Notes: generated by a model not told the origin, from the letters alone. DNA of 64,000 nucleotides from Hormiphora californensis (GCA_020137815.1 CM035358.1:6448001-6512000); one strand, 5' to 3'; shown: positions 48,701 to 62,776, counted from the first letter of the stretch. Numbers and translations are program-made.

Positions 48701-50850
48701 ATGAACCACTGTTTGGGTCTACCTGACAAGAAACATGGAACATTCTTCAAGAAGATTATTAGTCGAGTCCAGGTGTTCGCCCGAGTTACCCCCAAACAAA
48801 AGGAACTTGCTATCACGACCTTTAAATCACTAGGTAAGAACAAAACATCTTAACAAGTAGTAATGAGCTCAATGTGTTTATTGTGTCGAGTGTTTATTAA
48901 AGTGTTCCTTTCTTGCGATTTCTGTGGATTGTGGTTATTTTAGTATTCCTCTTATCTATACACACGATATAACCTCTGGATTCCCCCCTGCAGGTTTGGT
49001 GACGGTTATGTGTGGGGATGGAACGAATGATGTGGGAGCCCTGAAACACGCCGATGTGGGGGTTGCTATCATTTCCAATGCCCCTGAAGTTAAACCTGAA
49101 AAGAGAGAGTTGGAGAGAAAGGAGAAGGAGAAAAGTGAAAAGAAAATGGCAATTCTCCAGGTGATTTGCACTATTATCATTTGGAAATGGATTCGTCATC
49201 AAAGCCGTTCATTAATTGAAACTTGCTAGGCAACTAGTGCTCCTTTATAAAAACATTTATCTCCGCAGGAATTCCGTGAGATAAACCAGAAAAGGACGCT
49301 ACAGGAGCGTCAGAAGCTGCTGGAGGAGAAACTCAAGGAGCTACAAGAGGATACGATGGTGAAATTGGGAGATGCAAGTATTGCCTCCCCCTTCACCAGT
49401 AAATACAGCAGCGTGAAATGTGTCTGTAGCATCATCAGACAAGGAAGGTTCGTAGGAGTGGGTTTATAAAGTGGATTTATAAAGTACTTTTTAAACCCGT
49501 TTTGGGGTTAGAGTGTTTTCACCAGTACCCGTAGGAAGAGGGGGACTGCAGGGACGGTATACCGTATAGTACCTGTATTTTCAAAGAGCAGGGAGAGTGG
49601 AAGTTTCCCACAACTAACACCACCAGCTACCTCACTTCATCAAATTGCATCACATCTACTCCTTCATAATATCCACATCTGCTCCTTCATAAATCTATTT
49701 TTCAGATGTACCCTGGTAACGACTTTACAGATGTTCAAGATCCTGGCACTCAATGCTCTTATCATCGCATACTGCCAAAGTGCTCTCTATCTTGACGGTG
49801 TTAAATTTAGCGATGGGTAAGTTATCAAGTTGATCAATCAAGTATTAGAACTGCCAATGGTAGATATCAATACTGTGTATTCTTTACTTCCCAATCGAAC
49901 CCGGTATACTGGTCAAAAACGACTGTATATCGGATTGGAAATCGAAAATAATATACTAATCTGTTTTCCAGGCAAGCGACACTCCAAGGACTTCTTCTGG
50001 CTGGTTGTTTCCTCTTTATTTCCCGCTCAAAGCCACTTGATAAGCTCTCAAAAACACGACCTCACGCCAACATCTTTAATCTCTACACCATTTCAACGGT
50101 AGGAGGATTACCAGTTAGCATCTTGTTATTCCTTAGAAACCCCCTAGCTACCCCCCTAAATTGACCCTTGTTACCCCTTAGTTACCCCCTAGAATCTAGA
50201 TACCCCCTAGTTACCCCCTAGTTACTGCCTACCAACATGTTTTATTCCTATCCAACTCCACTTACAAATATCTCTCCCAGGTTTTACTGCAGTTTACAGT
50301 CCATCTCTGCACCATAATACTCCCTAGTTAGTAGTTACCCCTAGATACCCCTTAGTTACAGGCCCCTAATTACCAACTCCACCAGCCACCTCCTAATCTC
50401 CCTATCTCCCAGGTTTTACTGCAATTTGCAGTCCACCTCTACACTATAATACGACTTGTTGACGCAGTACACGCCATTGAACCACGAAAGGCATCAATCG
50501 ACCTGGATGCAGAATTCTCGCCCACCCTGCTCAACACCATCGTCTACATCGTCTCCGTTACGCTCCAACTAAACACCTTTATCATTAACTACAGGGGACA
50601 CCCCTATATGGAATCTCTCCGAGAAAACAAGCCTCTCTGCTACTCCGCTATCTTCACCGCTGTCTTCATGACCATCCTCACTTTTGGCGTCATGCCAGAT
50701 ATTAGTTCGGAGTTCTCACTACTGATCCCCCCTGATAGTTTGAAGCACGAGGTGTTTACTACGTTGTTGTTAGATACTGGGTTAACGTTAGCATTTGATC
50801 GGGTGTTGTTGTGGTTGTGTGGGGATGCTAAGTTGAAACCAATTAATTAA
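42785..50850 (+). CDS. ATP13A1: P5A-type ATPase (ER transmembrane-helix dislocase, Spf1/ATP13A1), multi-exon
   Basis: [120 protein letters not shown]. Confidence 0.95.
47140..47248. mobile_element. hAT-like MITE copy
   Basis: CAGGAACC...GGTTCCTG with a perfect 8-bp TSD CTTGTTAA. Confidence 0.88.
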
Positions 50851-51242
50851 TTAGTTTTAATTAGCTAATTAGTAAGTTAATTAGTTTTAGTTAGCTAATT
50901 ATATACAGTGTGTTGTGTGTAATACTATTGCTAATTTGTGGTATGATATGTATTGATATAAGTGCGAGTTAAAATTGCATGGTTTCTCTTACCCTGCCTT
51001 GTCTAACCAGTTATCCTGTCCAAACTCTAACCCCCTCCCCTAGCCATATCCATAATATTACCTACCCATATACATATTACCTGTAGCTGTCCCAAATCCC
51101 CATACATATCTTACCTGCCGTGCTCTAACTTCGATCCCTATATCCAGTACTTAATTCCCACTCTCTTAGCCCACCTTCTACCCTAACATCCCCTTCCCTA
51201 TTGTAACCCACTTTATTCAGTATTCCTTCCCATTTTAGTGCC

Positions 51243-52983
51243 ATGCCCAGTTCTGAGATCGTAACAGAGGATGACATTGTTCGGAAGAGGCTACTGACTG
51301 ATGGTGAGGGGTGTGGGGATGAGAAGAGGGTCAGTAACCTAATCAGGATGTTTGTCAAATGGGTGAAGGATCCGGAGGCAGATGATACCACCTTTCAGAA
51401 GGTAATTAATTAATTAGTTAGTTAATTAGTTCAAGTTAATAAAAAGTACAGTGTGTTTCATGGATCATATCTATCGGATTGGGTTACTGTGTTTTGACCC
51501 TTGCTGACCCTTGTTGTCAACTTGCCAACGAGATACTGAAGCATAAGATAAGAAGGGGGCCGTGCTGTGATTTAATAGCTCATTCAATGTTCTGTGATTC
51601 TATATGCTTCTATCAGCTGCCAATGCTCTTTTGTTCTACTTGAAAGAAATGAGAATAGGGTCAGGCCAATTCACTGGCAGACATGCTTCGTTGTTTAGCT
51701 AATTACCCATGTAGAATATCATTTTTGAGTTTCCACCATAGTCCATATATCCCACCATCTCAATCTTGGAAACAGTCAGATGTTTAAAGTTGTCACTCCC
51801 CCTTCTTCTAATCTCAGTTGAACGGACCTCCCAGCAGTATTTGTTAGATTTCTAGTGTGCAATTCATGGGACTCTAACACATCTCTAACACAACTCTAAC
51901 ACATCTCTAACACCACTCTATTACACAGTTCTAACACACCTCTAACACAACTCTAACACATCTCTAACACCACTCTATTACACAGTTCTAACACACCTCT
52001 AACATATCTCTAACATATCTCTAACATATCTCTAACACATCTCTAACACCACTCTATTACACAGTTCTAACACACCTCTAACATATCTCTAACATATCTC
52101 TAACACACCTCTAACATATCTCTTCCAGATGATTGCAGTTATCGCATCGTGTGAGATGTCCGTTGATAAACTAGCTATGGTCAAGAAAATGAACGAGTTG
52201 GAGGCTAAAAACTATGCTAAACTACATGACGGTATGTGTACAATGTATACTGTACATAGTATAGTAAGTAGTTTTATCATTGCCACGTGGTTCCCACACA
52301 TTCTCAGACTTATACACTGCCACTCTAATTGCACTCCTTTTGTTGTTCTTGTTATCTTACTAGATTCTAAAACCGTTTTGAGTATCACCAAGCTAGTCCG
52401 GTCCGCCGAAAAGATATGTGTGACAGTCATCGTCTCCTCTAACCACCACCCCTCCTTTTTCAGAGATAGAGAAAGAGATAGCAGAGGGCAAGGTCCGAAT
52501 TGAGGGTTACCAGAAGCAATTAGCCCAAGCTAAGCAAATCAAATCGAACAAGCAGCAGTACAATTCCATTTCGAAGATTATCAAGCAATATCCCAGTAGG
52601 GACGAGACCACCGCCACAATCTCTCAGGTATGAAACCCAGTGGTGCTCGATTGCATAAATTTCAAATAGAATTAGCCGTCCAAAAAAAGCATTGCTTTTG
52701 TTTTTGGTTAGAAAGAAACATACGATATCTCATATCTCTATAAATATCTCTAAACTTCCTATCTTGTTTGAGACTTGGTGCCCCCATCTGCTAACCCCAA
52801 TCCCCCCAGATAGAGGAAGAGATAAAGGGGCTGAAGGAGAGGAAGTCCACACTTGAGGAGCGAGTAACAAAACAGAAGCGCCAATTCGAAGTACTGGTTT
52901 ACAGTATTCAGCAGTTGCAATGTGAGCTGAGTGATGATAAGTCGGGGCCGGGAGAGGAGGGAAAGATGGATGTAGATGGGTGA
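51243..52983 (+). CDS. THOC7: THO complex subunit 7 (four coding exons: ~51243-51401, 52129-52231, 52464-52627, 52810-52983)
   Basis: EDDIVRKRLLTDGEGCGDEKRVSNLIRMFVKW matches the THOC7 N-terminus; coiled-coil continuation LAQAKQIKSNKQQY...YPSRDET. Confidence 0.88.
51890..52122. repeat. ~11-bp CTCTAACA(C/T)A minisatellite
   Basis: Directly visible in THOC7 intron 1. Confidence 0.9.
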
Positions 52984-53273
52984 ACTGGATAGAACCCTCA
53001 CAGAGTGTGACGTTGTGAGTGGATGGGTGAACTTATTTTTAAATCTACAGCTGGACATGCGATCCATTTTATTATGTAGCTGGTTTATATAGGGCGGTCC
53101 TATAGCTCATCCTACCTACTATTGGAGCTCTTATGATTGTACCCTCCAGACATGGCTCTTGTGTGGCTCTTGAGACCATGGTTGTTTTATATTTATCAAA
53201 TTTCAATTTATCATACCCTCATCGTTGAGAGTCTACAGATTATTTATCTTTCCAACCCCCCACTCCCCTGAAC

Positions 53274-53382
53274 CAGGAACCGACCGAAACAAGTAAACAA
53301 CCAATCAGAACTCGTTATTTAGGTCACGTGACTGGTTATCAGCCAATCAGGGACCAGTATTTCCTGATTCGGTCGGTTCCTG
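53274..53382. mobile_element. hAT-like MITE copy
   Basis: TIRs intact; TSD CCCTGAAC/CCTTGAAC. Confidence 0.85.
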
Positions 53383-54006
53383 CCTTGAACTGAATATTTA
53401 GAGGTTTCTCACGAAGCATTCCGTTACATCCGATTATTATCCCCACATATTATCCTATTCATTCCAAGCTACTCTCTAATTTGTACCCTAACATAATATT
53501 ATATTATGTCCTAATATGTGTTAGTATTTCCTAAAATTATATATCCTAATATTACACTTAACCTATAGCCCAAGAAGGCGACGCGACAAGAAGATAACTA
53601 CACACAAGTCCCACACCCAGTGGTGTAACCTGATGCTGTAACACAAACCTTTCTCTCTCCGTCTTTTGTGTTAATCGTGATGGTCTCCCCCTCCAGTCGT
53701 CTTGTTTTTGAAAAGAATCCGGTGATTTCAAGTCATGTCTAGGGAACGGGAAGCTTTTTCAATTATCGATGGAGCTCGATTCTCTTTGGAACAGGTATAT
53801 TGATTTGATAAGAGCGTTTGCCATGGGCGTGAACCCCTTTTGGGGATACCACTAGTTTTGATTGATCACAGTTGCCGATATTTGTACGAATCGTTCTCGA
53901 CCCGTGTTTCTCATTGAGTTGCCCTTGAGTACTCAGTTTCCTAACTTTGTTACTCCAGGTGCAGTGTCTATCCCCCTCCCAAAGTGACTCATTTCTCACC
54001 CCCCAG

Positions 54007-57000
54007 GTGCAGTGTCTGTCAACTATAGACGAGGACAGACCCCTGGGAATAGAAACAGATGAGGTAGGTACATCTTGTTCAATGTATTTTATTTTGGATT
54101 TTCTCTTGTTCGAACTAGCTGTTGTGCGAACTAGCTATTGTGTTATAGCTTTGCCTTGTTCTCTCCGCGCCCCGTAAAACATGAAAAGTCGTGTTAGAAT
54201 ATAATAATGTTAGCTGGTTGGCACCGCAAACCCAATTTTAGAAACCCCATGCTAAAACGTCCGAAACAAGTAAACAACCAATCAGAACTCGTTATTTAGG
54301 TCACGTGACTGGTTATCAGCCAATCAGGGACCAGTATTTCCTGATTCGGTCGGTTCCAGCCCCATGCTAAAACGTCCCCTTCTTCCCCAGGTTCAGAAGT
54401 TTCTCTTTTATTGGGACCAAGTGTTCCTGTACGGATCAAAGAGCCTGCGTAAGGGATATTGGGGATTCGTCTCCAACCTTTCCCATCCCACTCTAGTACA
54501 AGAGGTAGGTCTTATCAGCAATGCTGATTCAGCATGGGTAAAGGATATTGGGGATTCGTCTCCAATCTTTCCCATCCTACTCTTGTGCAAGAGGTAGGTC
54601 ACTCATTGTAATTTGTACCAGATCACCCTTACTTTCCTTACACGCAGTATACCACTTTCTCTTACCAAGCCCTTTTTTGGTTGCTTTACGACGGTTCTGA
54701 AACCACATCACATCTCCCGCCCAACCCTCTCGACCCTTCCTGACACCCTCCCTGCCACTCACATCTCACCTTCCCTCAGGTGAAGGAGACACCAGGAGCG
54801 GTCAATGATCTGATGAGAAGTAGGATATGGCTGGGGTTAATTCTGAACAGCAACGAACTGGAATATTACCTCACCTCCATTCGATACCAACAGCAGTTGC
54901 TAGGTAACCAAACAAACAAACAAACAAACAAACAAACAAACAAACAAACAAACAATTGTGTGTATTTTCAGTAAAGAATTACCAGCCCCATGCAATACTC
55001 CGCAATATCAACCACTTAGAGGACCTGGTTTCAATATCATGTGGACAGGAGAAAACAATGTTCAATCTTCATCTGGATCATCTTGTTTTCAAGTTAGTAC
55101 CTTTTTGTCTTGACTGTCTTGTTTATTTTGTCTCGTTAAAACTGGCTCATTCGACCATGATCTGAATTGTTTATACGACTCAAGTTCGACCCCCCTTAGA
55201 GCTGCGGTAGTTTTCTTTTTTCAATGTTTTGTTGGTTAACTGACACCATCTCTATCTAGGTCTCGGGAATTGTTTATCGGACCCCGGAACACCACCTCAT
55301 TTTCCCGGATATTTGACGTCGGTTTCAACTGGGAGGAGAGTATTCGTTCCCGGAGTTCTAGTATAGTTAGCAGATCCAGCTCCCGGTTTTCCTCCTTTTC
55401 CTCGGCGTATCATCCCCAGTATCCCCATGGTAACCATGGTAACCAGTACCAGAATACCACACACTCCGCCACTACACCATTGGCTGATAATGCTTTGGAG
55501 GTGAGATGATGGGGTCTTCTGTTTTGAAACTTGAACGTCATATTGCTGTGTGATAGACAATACAGTCAAACCTCGATTTACCGAATCTCGATTTACAGTG
55601 TAAAAGCTTTCCCCCAAGGAGTAAATCTAGGTTTGACTGTTATGTGTAGTACCATGCTAAACAGATTCACTTTCAGATTGCCAGTCCCATCAGTGAGGGG
55701 GAAGATGTGGTGTCCAACATGGAGCAATCAAATAGCTCTCCGGCAGTGATCAACTCCCCTCCTCCTTCTCCTCATCAAACAGATACACAGCACGAACATA
55801 CAGATACTATACTGCTGGAACAACCTGATACTATACAACCTGATACACTTCAAGACCAACTTGATACACTGGTCCTACAGGATGAACCCATCACTTCCTC
55901 ATCTCCTGTTAACATTGATTTGATCATGGATGCAAGTGAACCTGTCTCTAACCAGATAACTGTTGGAGACAAGATGGAGGCAAGTGAACCTGTCTCTAAC
56001 CAGATAACAGTTGGAGGCAAGATGGAGGCAAGTGAACCTGTCTCTAACCAGATAACAGTTGGAGGCAAGATGGAGGCAAGTGAACCTGTCTCTAACCAGA
56101 TAACTGTTGGAGGCAAGATGGAGGCAAGTGAACCTGTCTCTAACCAGATAACTATTCGAGGCAAGATGGAGGCAAGTGAACCTGTCTCTAACCAGATAAC
56201 AGTTACCATGGAAACTGTATCTACAGATGAGGCTGCACCTTCTGAGACTCTTCAACCTGAGCCCGTTAGAAAGACTCCTTCACCAGCCAGGTCAGCTCAT
56301 TCCTCTCCCCTTGGATCTCCAATCCTGAGGAGGCTGAGCACCTCGTCTCTACGGAAACGAAGAATATCTGGATCCCCGTCACCCCTAGCAACGCCGCCTA
56401 GCAACAACCAGCCCTCTCCCCTAGCAACGCCTCCTAGCAACAACCAGCCCTCTCCCCTAGCAACGCCGCCTAGCAACATACAGCCTTCTCCCCTAGCAAC
56501 ACCTCCTAATCAGTCTATATTGATACCTCCTAACCAGACTGTTGCCATGGCATCTCCTACCAACCAGACAACTGTTGCCATGTCAACACCTCCTAATTTC
56601 GCCACATCACCAGACCCACTTCTAAGAGAGCTATTCCCGGAATCTCCCAGATCGTCTCCCATCTCCACACACATCCTACAGGGAACATCTCCCTCCGTCC
56701 GGTCCCTAGCCAGCCCTGTACTCCAGACCTCCATGCGCCGTCCTGTATCCAGAGTGGCCCTTATTACTGATGATATCGAGAGTGGCGTTACCATGGTAAC
56801 AAACAACTCACCTAGCAACTCGCCCGCCAATATATCAGATCTGTTACAGCCTTCTGCAGCTCTGGGAGACCTGGGTGCAGGTCCGGCTCTGTCAGGAGCG
56901 GACATTTTTGACGAGGTAACATCGGAGCCTGATGTCCATTTTGCGATCGATAGTGAGCCTGAGAGTTCCTATGACAAGGTCTCAACGGGAGAGTCACGTG

Positions 57001-57546
57001 GTGCGATATCACGTGACATCTCCTTCGACCAATCAGATCCTTCCATTCCCGAGATGGATCCAGGAGAGGAAGAAGAGGAAGAGGAGGAATGTGGGATAAC
57101 TATTGCACAAGATCCATCCCCGCCTCAAGAAGAAGAAGAAGATCCCTACGATGATCCTTATGATGATCCCTACTACGATGACGTCACTCAACACCACACT
57201 GATGACGTCATCACTGAAGAGATCACGACACAACAAGATGAGGATGAGGGTAGTCCGGTGTTGTATGTGGATGATGAGGTGCCTGTGATGAGATGGGATG
57301 ACACCCTCAGTAGAACCATGACACCAGGAGATGTGACGTCATCACGGGGTACATCACGTGACCTGATTATGACGTCATCGCCAAGGGAACAAGGCACGCT
57401 GGAGCAAGGCACGCTGGAGCAAGGCACGCTGGAGCAAGGCACGTTGGAGAGGGCTGAGGAGGAGGAAGAATTGTCTATTGATGGTCCTAGCGGAGCTGGA
57501 GTAACTGATAATAACCCATTCCAAGATGACAGTAAATCAGCTGCTG
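54007..57546 (+). CDS. RUN-domain protein, PLEKHM2/SKIP-like N-terminus with a long S/P/E-rich disordered region (first and last exons uncertain)
   Basis: Spliced exons give DQVFLYGSKSLRKGYWGFV...RSRIWLGLILNSNELEYYL...Y..HAILRN...FNLHLD, which is the RUN consensus and resembles PLEKHM2 as recalled. Large exon ~55677-57546. Confidence 0.65.
54263..54359. mobile_element. Truncated hAT-like MITE copy flanked by an 18-bp direct repeat
   Basis: CCCCATGCTAAAACGTCC at 54245-54262 and 54360-54377. Confidence 0.75.
55926..56205 (+). repeat. Coding 48-bp repeat x6 (MEASEPVSNQITVGGK)
   Basis: In frame in ORF 55707..57632; a further 36-bp repeat x4 (PSPLATPPSNNQ) lies at ~56375-56510. Confidence 0.9.
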
Positions 57547-58474
57547 GTAAATATTGTTTTTTAGGACTGTCACTGTCTGTCTGTAGGGCTATCCCTGTCT
57601 GTCTGTCTGTCTGTAGGGCTATCCCTGTCTGACTGTCTGTCTGTCTGTAGGGCTATCCCTGTCTGTCTGTCTGTAGGGCTATCCCTGTCTGTCTGTTATC
57701 GAAGTTGTGACCACCGTGACCGACCATGACCGATATGAACCAATTTAGTATAGGGTAAAATGTGGTACGAGTACGACAAGTCATATACAAAGACTAAAGT
57801 AGAATAGAAACTATCGTAATCCATAATAAACGCTACCACTAATAACTCAAGGGAGACGGTCGTGTGACCGTTCCCTAACCCTAACACATAATGTCCATGT
57901 TCATCACGCCTAGTCATAACCCTGACACTCTCCTAAGTTCGTAGATCACACATATTGTCAATCCCCTTCTCTCGTAATGCAGAATCCTCCCAGAGAATAA
58001 TAGTAGAGAAAGTAGGCCAATTGACGTCAGGGAGGAAGATGCATCATCGTAACCAGCACCACTGCACTCATATATCGGGATATCGTATATGAAAATAGAA
58101 TGGGGTTAGGAACATATACATATTATCCCGATAACATGACTTGGAAAGAAAACTGTCTGTCTTCATACCTAGACCTCCCCAAAACTGTTATTGATTCTCT
58201 AAACCCCACTTCATCATTACTAAAGGTGCCCTCCTTTAGTAGCAATTCTATTATTTCCCCTGGTGAAATCCCCCCCCCCCCCCCCCCCCCCGCTGTCAGG
58301 ACAATGCCCCCCCCCCCCGGCCACCGCTGTCAGGCCAATGCTCTAACCACAGTTCATTTGAAAGAAATGAAAATAGGGTCAGACCAATACTCTGACAGCC
58401 CCCCGGGTTTCCCACCCGGTAGGAACCGAATATAATGGGTCTATAGTCTACTAAAAACTACTGGACCTACAAAC

Positions 58475-58825
58475 CTAGTTTCTTGCAAACCGGAGCATCT
58501 ACATTCCACTCTCTTGCTTCTAAACAGGTCCTCTCTGCGCTGCCATCTAACACGTGTTTTTTAGCACATGTAACGGTGACCGTGTGTCCCGGCGGTGCGT
58601 TATACCAGGTTCCCTGTACTGATCCGTCCACGGTAAACCCAAGACATCCTGAAATGGTTGTTTGGTTACCATGGTTACCATGGTTAATAACTGCATCTAG
58701 TTGAATATTTGACCTACCACACAGGTTGCAAGAAAGCTCACAAGTCACCAACATGTAGTTCGGGTTTTTCGAGCACTCTCCTATTTCACTCCAATATCTG
58801 CAACTGGAGTTAGAATCGCTACACC
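58475..58825 (-). CDS. Exon encoding a ShKT domain plus a Sushi/CCP domain
   Basis: CSDSNSSCRYWSEIGECSKNPNYMLVTCELSCNLC (ShKT); C...VTVTC..KHVL.GSAERTC....W....PVC (CCP); AG and GT boundaries in phase 1. Confidence 0.85.
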
Positions 58826-60374
58826 CTGAGGTTATATAATTGTTAAACATTTCTGACGGGTCCCCGGGGTCATCCTTAAATTATAAAGTAGAAACGAACG
58901 TCGTGAGTATGTATGTAGTATAATCCTAGCGTGCAAACTGAGGGGGTTGTCAAGGAGGTGCCATAGCCCCTACGCAGTGAGAGGGGTGCTCCTGGGTTTT
59001 TAAAATTGGTCGAGAAATGAGGAAGTTATGGGGTATTGGGGAAGGTTTTTGTAATAAACGTCTTAAATTGTGCCAAAAATGTGATTGGGGTTGCACTAGG
59101 AATGACCTGGAGGACCATTGTTGTTGAGTTACGGGAGTGAAACTTAGAGAAACGACCCTTCTTTGGGAGTACAAAAATTGATGAAAGGGTGGTTGGCAGA
59201 GAAGGAAACGAAAAACTGTAGACAACTTTAGTGGTGATATCCTTACTAAGAACTCGAGAGAATGCAGCCCAAGTTGGATTACGAGAGATAAGAAGATCGA
59301 GAGGAGAAATGAAGAACGTGGAGAGCAGAGAGGAGAAGACCAGATGAGAAGAGTAGAGGAGAGAGAGAAGTAGGAATGGAGAGAGAGATAAGAGAGAGAG
59401 AGATCGAGAGCAAGAGCGAGACGAAGAGAAGGAGGAGAGCGAGAGAGAGAGAGAGAGGGGAGAGCGACGAGGAGAGAGATGGAGGAGCGAGAGAGAGATG
59501 CTGTAGGAGCGCGACGGAAGCTAGCGAGAGAGAGGAGCTATCTCACGTGCGCGAGCTCTATGATACGATCTAGACTATCTGACGATTTCTATTCTATCCT
59601 TCATGTGCTTTAAAGGATATATAATGTCCTTGTTTTAGATCCGTTAACTGCGATAGATGTTCCTCTAGCTGAGTGTTAGAGAGTTCTACGTGTTCTCTCT
59701 TTTTTTAATAGTCGTCTCCATGTCTCTTACTCGCGTAGCTAACCTGTGTCTCTGTGTCTGAAAATTCTTCAATCTCTCTCTCTATAAAAGTCAGCCGTCA
59801 GGCTTCGTTTAGCCGCGCTGCACGCTGCTAGTGTAGGGGTGACTGCGTCACCAAGAAATAGACCGTGTGAAACTTCCAAACATATCAACTGAGATATGAT
59901 CTGTTTCAATCTTTCTCTCCGTTTCTCTACTACCGGTAGCTACCCTGTCAGTATGTCAGAAGGGTTAATGGCTGTCCCTGTCTGTAGGGCTGTCCCTGTT
60001 CGTCTGCTTTGGAAAGAAACATTTCGTGATAGAATGAGATAGAGAGAGAGGAAGTGATTTGTCTGTCTGTCTGTCTTCATACTTAGACCTCCCCTTGGTT
60101 ACGAAGTCACCCCTATTATTGCAATTGCATAGTGAGCTAATATTGCGCGGCGGGTAATTTCATTACCAAGACCTCCCCAAAACTATTTTTTATCCCCTAA
60201 ATCCCCCTTCATCACTACTAAAGGTGCCCGCCTTTAGTAGTAACAGGTAACTATTATCGAAGTTTCTCCCCCTCCAAAAGTGAACCCTCTTCCACCTGGT
60301 AGGAACCGTATACGGGGTTTAAGCATGGTTTACAAATTTTAGTCTACTTATAATTACCCACTGGATCTACAAAC

Positions 60375-60744
60375 CTAGTTTCAATATGCAAACCGGAGGT
60401 TCCACATTCCACTGTCTTGCTTCTGTACAGGTCCTCTCTGCGCTGCCTACTAACACATGTTTCATATCACATGTAACGGTTACCGTGTGTCCCGGGGGTG
60501 CGTTATACCATATCCCCTGTACTGATCCGTCCACTGTAAACCCGAGACATCCTGAAATGGTTGTTTGGTTGCCATATGGATGGTTACCATGGTTACCATG
60601 GTTAATAACTGCATCTAGTTGAATATTTGACCTACCACACTGGTTACATGAAAGCGCACAATTCGGCAACATGTAGTTTGGGTTTTTCGAGCATTCTCCC
60701 ACTCGACTCCACCATCCGCAGTTGGCGTTAGAGTCTCCACACCC
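60375..60744 (-). CDS. Paralogous ShKT plus Sushi exon
   Basis: CGDSNANCGWWSRVGECSKNPNYMLPNCALSCNQC followed by a CCP domain; same splice context as the other copy. Confidence 0.85.
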
Positions 60745-60900
60745 TGAGGTTGTGTCAATTAGCATGGAATTTCTGGCGGGTATCTGGGGTCATACCAATA
60801 CCATTTGGTTCTGCACTCTAGTTATGTATGCCATTCGCGTGGGGTTGAACAAAACAAAATAATCTAACTCGGGGGAAATTTATACGTCCGGTAAATACTG

Positions 60901-60990
60901 TCAAATGGGGTGCAAATGGGGTGCAAATACTGTCAAATGGGGTGCAAATGGGGTGCAAATGGGGTGCAAATGGGGTGCAAATGGGGTGCA
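60901..60990. repeat. 11-bp CAAATGGGGTG minisatellite
   Basis: Directly visible. Confidence 0.9.
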
Positions 60991-61022
60991 AGTGGGGTGG
61001 GAATGGGGTTCAACGGAAATAC

Positions 61023-61080
61023 CTGAGACATTAGAGGTGAGTTGACTGACTAAAAATACCAGAAGAAGACACCAATTCAT
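61023..61080 (-). CDS. Signal-peptide exon, probably the first exon of the ShKT-Sushi gene (second partial copy at ~61552-61594)
   Basis: MNWCLLLVFLVSQLTSNVS-G|GTATTT; the phase-1 donor is compatible with the ShKT exon acceptor (GG TGT). Confidence 0.65.
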
Positions 61081-61767
61081 TTTGGTTATTCTCGAGAAAT
61101 GAAAAACAACAAGCAACGAGAGGGTGGAAGAGTTATCTATTAAGCGCTTGACGTCTCGGACTGAATGGAGGAACACGTACTATCGCTTATGTTTTTATAG
61201 CGGGGTTTCCTATTCTCTTCCCTCATTCTCTGGTTTCCTACCTTATCCTCTCTCCCCTCTCTTCTTTCTCTCTCTCTTCTCTATCTCTCTTTTTCTCATT
61301 CTTCTTCATTTGATCTCTTCTCTCCCCCTTTCTCTTCCCTTTTTTCTTTTCTCCTCCTCTCCCTCCCCTACTCTTTCTTCTCCTTCTTTCTCCCCTCTCC
61401 TGTTCTCTTTCTCTCTCGTCTCTCTTGTCTGTCAGTAGATGTCGCCCTGTCTGAACTGTATGTCTGTAGGACTGTCTGACTGTATGTCTGTAGGACTGTC
61501 TGACTGTCTGTCTGTCTGTCAGTAGGACTGTCTGACTGTCAACGGAAATACCTGAGACATCAGCGGTGAGTTGACTGACTAAAAATACCAGAAGTAATTT
61601 TTTGGAACAGCATACAAGGGGCACGTTTTAGAGCAAATCTCTCGTAAAAAATTAAAAAAATGAGCTTTTTAAAAAAGGGAGTGCTTAGGCGGGGATCACG
61701 TCACCCCGTACAGGGGAAAAAAAAAGTTCTCTCTTCTCTTCTCTCTCCCCTTTTCCTCTCTCTCTAC

Positions 61768-61862
<95 letters not shown>

Positions 61863-61903
61863 TTCCACCCTCCACCCCCCCCCCCCCCCCCCCCCACCCC
61901 CCC

Positions 61904-61959
<56 letters not shown>

Positions 61960-62776
61960 ACCAAACAACAAAAAAAGCAACACAGTCACCTTTAAAAACA
62001 TTTTTCCCTATTTTTCATCTCCCCTAACCTCTCCCTCTCTGGGGACCTTTATTCCCCTTTTCAAAGATATAACCACGGGCCAGAAAAATAGAGTACAGCT
62101 AAATAGAGAGCAATTCAAAAAAACCTCTCCCAAACTCAAATGTAAAATCATCCCAATATACCATAACCCTGCCTGAATACTTCTAATTTTCCTCCCGAAG
62201 GCCAAATTCCAACTAAATGAAAAACACTAAAACCGGTTGTATTTAACACTATAAAATTTACAGTGGCCCCGTTTTTAACGGCCCCCGGGATTTTAAAGGG
62301 GCCCCCCCCAAATTTCCCGGGAGGAAAATCCCCCCCCGATTAGGAAAAAACAGAAATTTGAAACCCAAATTTGCGACCCCCCGATTTAAGGGAAAAAACC
62401 CTTTTTCCCCCCGAGGATCCCCCTTTTAAATGGGGGGGCCCCCGGGACTAAAAATTTAAAAAAAATTGTTTTCAAATGAAGCCCAAAATTTATAAAGGGA
62501 TACCCAAGATTTTTTCCCTCTGTTTTTTTCTAAACCCCAAAAAAACCAGCAAAACACAGCCAACCACAGCAGGGGTTTTTTTGTTTTTTAGATAGATAGG
62601 GGTCCCCCCTTAGAAGGGTCTTTTAGAATCAGCTCTCTATCATAGAGAGCTGATTCTAAAAGACCCTCTTTCAATACAAAACACGGCAAATGGGTTGTTA
62701 ATTGTTAATTGTTAGATAGATAGAGATAGAGAGCTGGTTCTAAAAGACCCTCTCCCAATACCAATATGTATACAGC

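Noticed and set aside
59270-59720. GA-rich ORF (MEREIRERE...) and the similar CT-rich tract at 61200-61430
   Set aside because: Degraded microsatellite or noisy read; no coding signal.
61620-62600. Poly-C tract and poly-Pro/poly-Gly ORFs
   Set aside because: Homopolymer-inflated, low-quality sequence; ~62370-62450 is a distorted copy of the Tc1-type MITE. Likely a sequencing or assembly artefact.
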